A stretch of DNA of 64,000 nt, from the NCBI GenBank assembly GCA_039586365.1, contig JBDHKN010000034.1, forward strand, positions 8,186 through 72,185. The letters run 5' to 3'. This stretch comes from Gemmatimonadota bacterium (lineage in GTDB: Bacteria > Gemmatimonadota > Gemmatimonadetes > Gemmatimonadales > GWC2-71-9). Position numbers and translations under genes: made by a program. The notes under the pieces were generated by a model that saw nothing but the letters and a program-made list of their open reading frames with translations, made no database searches and was not told where the DNA came from. Positions 57,366 through 64,000 of the stretch are shown in pieces (position 1 is the stretch's first letter; every line of letters begins with the position of its first letter).

Positions 57366-58258
57366 AAGGCGGACTTTGGACTCGAATCAAGCAAGTCGCA
57401 CTCACCGACGTTTCAGTTCTCGTCAAAGGATTGGACCGTGATGCCTTGGACGACGTGGAACGGATCCTAGCGGAGGCGGATTTCGGTGCCACCGCCCTGG
57501 ACCTTGTCGAGTCGCTGGAGGACAAGCTACGGCGCGGGGAGTTGAGGACTGCCACCGCGATGCGAGGTTGGCTCAAGGAGAGGATTGTCGGGTATCTGGC
57601 TAGTGTTGACGGTCAAGAGCCGCTCAACCTGGGTAATGGGGTGGGACCAGCGGTGATTCTGATACTGGGGGTGAACGGTGTCGGCAAGACCACGCTGATC
57701 GCAAAGGTGGCCAATCGGTTGATGAGCGACGGCCGTAGTGTGTTGTTGGCTGCCGCTGACACGTTCCGGGCCGGTGCTCCGGAGCAGTTGCGAGAGTGGG
57801 CAAAGCGTCTTGGGGTCCCGTGCGTCACGGGAACCCACGGTGGCGATCCCGCTGCCGTTGCCTTTGATGCTGTCGAGGCGGGAATGGCGCGAGGGATCGA
57901 TGCTGTCTTGGTCGATACGGCAGGCCGTCTGCATACCCACGCCGATCTGATGGAGGAACTGAAGAAGATCGCTCGAGTAGTGGGCCGCAAACGGGAGGGG
58001 GCACCGCACGAAAGTCTGTTGGTGTTGGATGGAACGGTGGGTCAGAACGCGATACACCAAGGGCGTAGCTTCAGTCAAGCGGTATCGGTAACTGGTCTCG
58101 TTATAACGAAACTCGACGGGACGGCAAAGGGTGGAGCTGTACTGGCGCTCAAGCGCGAACTCGGAATCCCCATCCGGTTCCTTGGCGTTGGCGAGCATCT
58201 GGAGGACTTGGAGCTGTTTGATCCAGAACTCTTCGCCGAACGACTGCTGTCCGACTGA
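57362..58258 (+). CDS. ftsY: Signal recognition particle receptor FtsY (short NG form)
   Basis: GVNGVGKTT, DTFRAGA, DTAGR, TKLDGTAKGG; start uncertain (TTG 57338 or 57362). Confidence 0.95.
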   Translation: MKGGLWTRIKQVALTDVSVLVKGLDRDALDDVERILAEADFGATALDLVESLEDKLRRGELRTATAMRGWLKERIVGYLASVDGQEPLNLGNGVGPAVILILGVNGVGKTTLIAKVANRLMSDGRSVLLAAADTFRAGAPEQLREWAKRLGVPCVTGTHGGDPAAVAFDAVEAGMARGIDAVLVDTAGRLHTHADLMEELKKIARVVGRKREGAPHESLLVLDGTVGQNAIHQGRSFSQAVSVTGLVITKLDGTAKGGAVLALKRELGIPIRFLGVGEHLEDLELFDPELFAERLLSD

Positions 58259-60333
58259 TGGCCTTGTCGCTCGACACTCCAGTTCAGTTCCTCAAGGGTG
58301 TCGGTCCGAGACGGGCAGAGGCATTCGAACGTATTGGAGTCAGGACGGTAGAGGACCTTCTCTATCACATACCCCATCGCTATTTGGATGCAACTTCCGT
58401 CACTTCCGTAGCCAAAGCCGCGGTCGGGAACGACGTCACCCTAGTGGGTCGAGTAGTCTCCAAAGCGGTCGTGCCAACTCGCAGCCGGCTGCGAGTATTC
58501 AGAGCTGTCATCAGAGATTCGTCCGGTGTGATTGAGTGTGCCTGGCCGGGACAGGTCTATCTCGATCGTGTGATACAGCAAGGCCAACTGATACTCGTGA
58601 CCGGGCCGGTCAAGTACTTCCACGGCCGGCAGGTGAACCCGCGCGAGCAAATCGTACTCGCCGAGTCGGACGATGAGAGCCTCGCTGACGAGATGAGTCG
58701 TGGCGTTGTTTTGCCGGTTTATCCAGCGACCGAAGGTCTCAGTCATAGGCAGATCCGTCGGCTCGTGGCGGACCATTTGGATCAGATGGTTGCCTGTGTG
58801 GAGGACTCGCTCCCAGTTGCCGTACGCGAAGAGGCTGGGCTCCATCCTCTCAAGCGCGCCTTTCTGGCTCTCCACCGTCCCACTGCACCGGGTGAGTCGG
58901 AGTCTGGCCGGAGACGTTTGGCCTTTGACGAGCTCTTCGATCTTCAGCTCGTTGTCATGCGGGCGAGACACCTGGCAAAGACAGCGAGGGTGGGGATCGA
59001 ATTCAAGATCAAGAAGGAGCTGACCACAACTCTCAAGGAAACCCTGCCCTATGAGTTGACGAGGGGCCAAAAGAGGGCTGTTCGCGAGATCACAACCGAC
59101 ATGGCGGCGAACCAGCGCATGCACCGCCTGCTGATGGGTGACGTAGGAACTGGCAAGACGGTTGTCGCCTTGTTCGCTATGCTGTTGGCCTTGGAGAATG
59201 ATTACCAGGCGGTCTTCATGGCTCCTACCGAACTCTTGGCGGAGCAGCATGCCGCAACGCTGACTAGCCTTCTAGCTTCAACCGGTATCGTGCCGGACGT
59301 CCTGATCGGGCGGTTCTCGCCGGCGGAGAAGAAGGCGGCGCGGGAGCGGATCGCCGCCGGAACGGCCCGGATCATTGTGGGGACTCATGCGCTCATTCAG
59401 GACACGACAGACTTCTCCAGATTGGGTCTCGTGGTGATTGATGAACAACACCGTTTCGGCGTTGAACAACGGGCCGCCCTGATAGAGAAGGGTGAGGCGC
59501 CCGACGTTCTCCTCCTCACCGCCACCCCGATTCCCCGCACACTCGCGTTAACGTTCTATGGCGACTTGGACATCTCCACTCTGAAGGAGAAGCCGGTGAG
59601 CCAGACGGCGGTCAAGACTGGTGTCCGGTCGGGTCGGGATCGTAGCGCCATATACAGCTTTGTCAGACAGCAGTGTGATCTGGGTCGACAGGCCTACGTT
59701 GTCTATCCTGTGATCGAGGAATCTGAGCGGGTCGATCTCAAGGCTGCCACCACAATGGCTGGGGAACTCGAGGTGCGGCTAAGTCCTTTTTCAGTTGGCC
59801 TGGTACACGGTCGCATGAAAGTGGATGAGCGAGATGCTGTGATGCGTCGGTTCAGGGATGGTACGCTCGACGTCCTGGTGGCAACGACCGTGATCGAGGT
59901 TGGCATCGACATCCCGAACGCGACGGTGATGATTGTCGAGCACCCGGAACGATTCGGCCTCGCTCAATTACATCAACTCCGTGGGCGCGTGGGTCGAGGG
60001 TCAGAGGAAGGTCATTGCATTCTGCTCACAGACGATTTTCAGGCAGCTGATAGGCTGAAGCGCTTCGCCCGCACGTATGACGGATTCCGGATTGCGGAAC
60101 TCGACCTCAAGGAGCGAGGCATCGGTGAGTTGACGGGAGTGCGGCAGTCAGGTGGTTTCAGTCTACGGTATGCAGATCTTACGACCGACACCGACCTGAT
60201 CAGTATGGCACGGCGCGCGGCGCTCGACATCCTCTCAGCCGACCCCAACCTCTCCCAGGACGCACACACCCCGCTGAGAAAGCGGATCGAACGGCGTTAC
60301 GAGAGGGGGATGGAGCTGTTTAGAGTCGGATGA
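58258..60333 (+). CDS. recG: ATP-dependent DNA helicase RecG
   Basis: LKGVGP, GDVGTGKT, DEQHRFG, TATPIPRT, QLHQLRGRVGRG. Confidence 0.97.
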   Translation: MALSLDTPVQFLKGVGPRRAEAFERIGVRTVEDLLYHIPHRYLDATSVTSVAKAAVGNDVTLVGRVVSKAVVPTRSRLRVFRAVIRDSSGVIECAWPGQVYLDRVIQQGQLILVTGPVKYFHGRQVNPREQIVLAESDDESLADEMSRGVVLPVYPATEGLSHRQIRRLVADHLDQMVACVEDSLPVAVREEAGLHPLKRAFLALHRPTAPGESESGRRRLAFDELFDLQLVVMRARHLAKTARVGIEFKIKKELTTTLKETLPYELTRGQKRAVREITTDMAANQRMHRLLMGDVGTGKTVVALFAMLLALENDYQAVFMAPTELLAEQHAATLTSLLASTGIVPDVLIGRFSPAEKKAARERIAAGTARIIVGTHALIQDTTDFSRLGLVVIDEQHRFGVEQRAALIEKGEAPDVLLLTATPIPRTLALTFYGDLDISTLKEKPVSQTAVKTGVRSGRDRSAIYSFVRQQCDLGRQAYVVYPVIEESERVDLKAATTMAGELEVRLSPFSVGLVHGRMKVDERDAVMRRFRDGTLDVLVATTVIEVGIDIPNATVMIVEHPERFGLAQLHQLRGRVGRGSEEGHCILLTDDFQAADRLKRFARTYDGFRIAELDLKERGIGELTGVRQSGGFSLRYADLTTDTDLISMARRAALDILSADPNLSQDAHTPLRKRIERRYERGMELFRVG

Positions 60334-60484
60334 GGTTCACAGCGAACTGCACTGGAAAGTAGGAGACTGCCTTTCAGGCGGGCAGATCCCAATCGATCTT
60401 ACGTTTCGGCGGTCGGGCAAGGTTGCTTTCCCGACTGGCTGCCTCTAGGATTCTCCGATCGAACTCGCAAAAGGGAAAGTATGC

Positions 60485-60817
60485 ATGAGCGGTGAGTTGG
60501 CGAAAAAACGGTGTGTGCCCTGTCGTGGTGGTGTCCCGCCCCTGAGAGGAGGCGAGCTGCAGGCGTTGTTGGACGAGCTCGCGGGTGGCTGGCGGGTGGT
60601 CGATGACCACCACCTCGAGAAGGAGTACAACTTCGACGACTTTGCCCAGGCCCTCGAGTTCACCAACAAAGTGGGGAACGTGGCGGAGCAGGAAGGACAC
60701 CATCCGGATATCTACCTGGCCTGGGGGAGGGTCGGACTCAAGATCTGGACCCATAAGATCGATGGTCTGACCGAGAGCGATTTCATCCTTGCAGCCAAGG
60801 CTGACCGTGTGTTGTAG
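60485..60817 (+). CDS. phhB: Pterin-4-alpha-carbinolamine dehydratase
   Basis: CVPC..G.PPL, AEQEGHHPDI, WTHKIDGL..SDFILAAK. Confidence 0.92.
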   Translation: MSGELAKKRCVPCRGGVPPLRGGELQALLDELAGGWRVVDDHHLEKEYNFDDFAQALEFTNKVGNVAEQEGHHPDIYLAWGRVGLKIWTHKIDGLTESDFILAAKADRVL

Positions 60818-60849
60818 GCACCGACTCAAGCGGATGAGATACTGAGGCG

Positions 60850-62151
60850 ATGTCGCTTTCAGCTGTGACGATCAAGGACCTGCCCGGGAACGTGGGTGAG
60901 ACTGTGACGGTAAATGGGTGGGTTGCCACAACCCGGTCCATGGGCAAGGTCGCGTTTGTTGTGCTGCGAGATGGCACTGGCAATCTGCAGTGTGTGCTCG
61001 GCAAGGAGGAAGTGGCTGATTCAGTATGGGAGGCGTTCCAGGGGCTGACTCAGGAGACGGCACTGGAGATTACCGGCGTTGTCCGTGCAGACAAACGATC
61101 GCCGGGTGGTGTGGAACTGACCGTCTCTGCAGTAGAAGTTCTTGGCCCCAGTGTCGACTATCCGATCACGAAGAAGCAACACGGTACCGCTTTCCTCTTC
61201 GAGCGGCGCCATCTTTGGCTCCGGTCACAGCGTCAGGTAGCGATCATGAGGGTACGGCACGAGGCCGTGCAGGCGATTCGGGACTTCTTCTATCAGCGGG
61301 AGTTCGTGCTGGTCGATACGCCATTGCTCACGGGAGCTATCGGCGAATCCACCGGTAACCTCTTCGCGACCGAGTACTTCGATCTCGGGCACGCCTACTT
61401 GGCTCAGACGGGACAACTGTATTTGGAGGCCGCGGCAGCGGCGCTCGGCAAGGTGTACTGTTTCGGACCAACGTTCCGCGCAGAGAAGTCAAAGACTCGA
61501 CGGCACCTGACGGAGTTCTGGATGGTCGAACCTGAAGTGGCCTGGTACGACTCCAATGACAACATGAGGTTGCAGGAGGACTTCGTGTCGTACATAGTGC
61601 AGCGCTGTCTGGAGCGATGCAGGCCCGAGCTGGATACACTGGAGCGGGACTGCACTCGACTCGAAAGCGTGGCTCCACCATTCCACAGGCTCTCCTACGA
61701 TGCAGCACTGGAGAAACTGCGTGGCCTCGGGACGGAGGTAACCTGGGGTCAGGATCTCGGTGCTGATGACGAGACCAAGCTCGCCAAGGATCTCGACCGG
61801 CCGGTGTTCGTGTACAACTACCCCAAGGAAGCCAAAGCCTTTTACATGAAGGAAAACCCAGACGACCCGCGCACCGTTCTCTGCAACGACTGCCTGGCGC
61901 CGGAGGGGTACGGAGAGATCATCGGGGGCAGCCAACGAGAGGACGACCACGACCGGCTGCTCAAACGGATCCGCGAAGAGAAGTTGCCGGAAAGGGCATA
62001 CGACTGGTACCTGGATCTAAGGAAATACGGAACCTTCGTGCACTCGGGTTACGGGCTCGGAGTTGAACGCACAGTTGCCTGGATCTGCGGAATTCCCCAC
62101 ATTAGAGAGGCGATCGCGTTTCCGCGAACGATGACGCGGCTGTATCCCTAA
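60850..62151 (+). CDS. asnS: Asparagine--tRNA ligase
   Basis: OB fold LRDGTG, RHLWLRS, GPTFRAEKSKTRRHLTEFWMVEPE, GEIIGGSQRE, GLGVER. Confidence 0.95.
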   Translation: MSLSAVTIKDLPGNVGETVTVNGWVATTRSMGKVAFVVLRDGTGNLQCVLGKEEVADSVWEAFQGLTQETALEITGVVRADKRSPGGVELTVSAVEVLGPSVDYPITKKQHGTAFLFERRHLWLRSQRQVAIMRVRHEAVQAIRDFFYQREFVLVDTPLLTGAIGESTGNLFATEYFDLGHAYLAQTGQLYLEAAAAALGKVYCFGPTFRAEKSKTRRHLTEFWMVEPEVAWYDSNDNMRLQEDFVSYIVQRCLERCRPELDTLERDCTRLESVAPPFHRLSYDAALEKLRGLGTEVTWGQDLGADDETKLAKDLDRPVFVYNYPKEAKAFYMKENPDDPRTVLCNDCLAPEGYGEIIGGSQREDDHDRLLKRIREEKLPERAYDWYLDLRKYGTFVHSGYGLGVERTVAWICGIPHIREAIAFPRTMTRLYP

Positions 62152-62177
62152 GGAGTAGCTCCCCTCTTCCAGTATCG

Positions 62178-62948
62178 TCAGCGCTGCTGTATAGGCGCCT
62201 CTTTCACTTCATCCCACAATCCATCGAGCACGTCCAAACCGGCCGTCGCCAAATCAATGCCGCGCTCGGCGGCCAAACCCTCGACTGCGCGAAACCGCCC
62301 GACGAAGCGAGAGTTGGCTTTCTCCAGTGCTGTGCGTGGATCGTGTCCCAGCTTCCGTGCTAGGTTCACGATTGCGAAGAGCAGATCTCCAAGTTCCTCT
62401 TCAATGCGCTCGCCATTGCCGGCAGCCGAGATTTCCAGTTCGAGTTCTGCGAGCTCCTCGCGTACCTTCTCGCGGGGTCCACCGGCATCGGGCCAGTCAA
62501 AGCCGACGCCAGCGGCCCGTTCCTGCAGACGGAATGCCATTATGATTGCCGGCAGCTTGGCCGGCAGACCGTCGAGTACGCTGCGTTTGGTCGTGCCGCG
62601 TTCGCATAGCTTCGAGCGTTCCCAAGTCTCCGGGCTGGCTCCCAGCTCGAACAGGTGGGGATGCCTCTGCCACATCTTCTGCTCGATGGTCCGGGCCACG
62701 TCTTCAGGGCCGAACTGACCCGACTCCTCGGCTAGTACGATCTGGAAGGCCAGGTGCAGCAATAGATCTCCCAACTCGGTCCGGATGCTCTCTGGCTCTG
62801 CCGAGGCGATGGCTTGGTCCAATTCAAGGACTTCCTCTACGAGATAGGGCCGCAAAGTCTGCGGTGTCTGTGCAGCGTCCCAGGGGCACCTCTTGCGGAG
62901 GTCCCGGACCAAGTGCACGATGCGTCCAAGCGCTGATGGTTCTTGCAT
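62178..62948 (-). CDS. mazG: Nucleoside triphosphate pyrophosphohydrolase MazG (tandem domain)
   Basis: LRKRCPWD..QT, EE..EL, ELGDLL twice, RHPH, GFDW; ATG at 62948. Confidence 0.93.
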   Translation of the reverse strand: MQEPSALGRIVHLVRDLRKRCPWDAAQTPQTLRPYLVEEVLELDQAIASAEPESIRTELGDLLLHLAFQIVLAEESGQFGPEDVARTIEQKMWQRHPHLFELGASPETWERSKLCERGTTKRSVLDGLPAKLPAIIMAFRLQERAAGVGFDWPDAGGPREKVREELAELELEISAAGNGERIEEELGDLLFAIVNLARKLGHDPRTALEKANSRFVGRFRAVEGLAAERGIDLATAGLDVLDGLWDEVKEAPIQQR

Positions 62949-62996
62949 TTGCGTACTCGCGCCGGTACAATACCCGACTGGCCGTGAACGTGTCAA
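62943..62996. promoter_or_regulatory. Overlapping divergent sigma70-type promoters for alr (+) and mazG (-)
   Basis: + strand TTGCAT(62943-48)-N17-TACAAT(62966-71); - strand TTGACA(62996-91)-N18-TATTGT(62972-67). Confidence 0.6.
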
Positions 62997-64000
62997 CACA
63001 GGAGCGTCGAGATAGGGCTTGGGTTGAGGTCAACCTGGCCAATCTGATAGCCAACGCACTCACAGTGCAGCAGGCTGCTGCTGGCGCAGCGTTGTTGCCG
63101 ATGGTGAAGGCGAATTCCTACGGTCTTGGGGCTGTCAGAGTGGCGCAGGAGCTGGAAGGACTCGATCCTTGGGGATTCGGTGTAGCGACGGTCGCAGAGG
63201 CAAGGCAGTTGAGGGCGGCAGGCATCACTCGACCCATTGTCGTGTTTACCCCCACCACCACTGAGAGGCAGGCTGAATACGAGGCTCTCGATCTGAGAGC
63301 TGTCCTCGACGACCCGGCTGTGGCGCAACAGTGGTCCCTGCCGTTCCACTTGGAGATAGATTCGGGGATGGGGCGCTGCGGCCTGCGGTTCGACGACGAG
63401 CGCCTCGCGGATATAGCGTCACCCCACCTCGAGGGCGTATTCACTCACTTCTTTGCGGCAGACGACCGGCCACAGTCAGTGGCTGAACAGTGGGCTAGGT
63501 TCGAGGCCGCACTGCGGAGAATCCCTAGGAACAGCTTCATGGTTCACGCCGCCAACAGCGCCGGGGCGTGGCGGCTCGGCAAAAGGCTTGATCTGATACG
63601 TCCAGGGATCTTCCTCTACGGCGGAAGGTGTGGCGCGGATCTGCCTGCACCTGAACCGGTCGCTGCGGTCCGTGCCAGGGTAGCTAGCCTTAGACGGTTG
63701 CCCCGAGGAGCAACCGTGAGTTACGGCGGCGAGTGGGCTGCCCCGCTCGACACGACGGTGGCCACCCTCAGTATCGGATATGCTGACGGCGTGAAATGGA
63801 CAGCCAAGGGTCGTGCCGCGGTGCTGTTTCAGGGGTCCCGGTACCCGGTTGTCGGCAGGATCACCATGGATTTCGTGATGGTCAATCTGGGACCTGACGC
63901 GACATCCGCTACAGTCGGGGATGTCGCGACGTTGATCGGACGAGATGGTTCCGCTGAAATCACGGTTGACGACTTTGCGGGCTGGGCTGGAACGATCTCG
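62984..64000 (+). CDS. alr: Alanine racemase, truncated by the window end (not in the ORF track)
   Basis: Manual translation: RAWVEVNLANL, PMVKANSYGLG (PLP Lys), DSGMGRCG, FTHF, HAANS, RPGIFLYG, VSYG (catalytic Tyr), GYADG, GRITMD. Confidence 0.93.
   Translation, partial: MNVSTQERRDRAWVEVNLANLIANALTVQQAAAGAALLPMVKANSYGLGAVRVAQELEGLDPWGFGVATVAEARQLRAAGITRPIVVFTPTTTERQAEYEALDLRAVLDDPAVAQQWSLPFHLEIDSGMGRCGLRFDDERLADIASPHLEGVFTHFFAADDRPQSVAEQWARFEAALRRIPRNSFMVHAANSAGAWRLGKRLDLIRPGIFLYGGRCGADLPAPEPVAAVRARVASLRRLPRGATVSYGGEWAAPLDTTVATLSIGYADGVKWTAKGRAAVLFQGSRYPVVGRITMDFVMVNLGPDATSATVGDVATLIGRDGSAEITVDDFAGWAGTIS

Noticed and set aside
60330..60362. Mini-ORF MRFTANCTGK overlapping the recG stop, faintly like an rsmD N-terminus remnant
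   Set aside because: Needs frameshifts to resemble MRI.AG.WKGRRL and no further similarity follows
62152..62177. Terminator between convergent asnS and mazG
   Set aside because: Only a 4-bp GGAG/CTCC stem and no U-tract; insufficient support
1..64000. CRISPR array, rRNA, IS elements or long DNA tandem repeats
   Set aside because: None seen; the window is almost fully coding and the repeats are protein-level TPRs

Overview
GC-rich bacterial chromosomal window; gene content and order suggest a Gemmatimonadota-like organism (inference, not a database result). Every gene except mazG is on the + strand, and most are tightly coupled by short overlaps. Order: partial SRAP, cls, lipoprotein, TerB; tilS-hpt-ftsH-folP-cdaA-DUF2723; yggS-divIVA-punA-ileS-dksA-like-lspA-rluD; an ~18 kb signalling cluster (cheW-cheY-cheA-cheC, giant TPR, DUF4388-TPR, TPR-roadblock, roadblock, mglB, mglA, tandem DnaA-like AAA+ protein, second DUF4388-TPR, cheR-cheD-cheB-cheW-cheW, TPR, membrane metallopeptidase); a small membrane protein, tRNA-Val, a frameshifted secreted TPR gene and tRNA-Asp; the dcw cluster rsmH..ftsZ (no mraZ, murB or ddl); then M23 peptidase, hisA, vWA protein, ftsY, recG, phhB, asnS, mazG (-) and partial alr. 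The best candidate for an uncharacterised system is the chemosensory cluster. It has no receptor (MCP) gene in the window and encloses an MglA/MglB GTPase module, MshEN-like motifs and a DNA-binding-less double DnaA ATPase lacking arginine fingers. No mobile element, integrase or CRISPR array was seen. All family calls come from motif recognition by eye; no searches were run.
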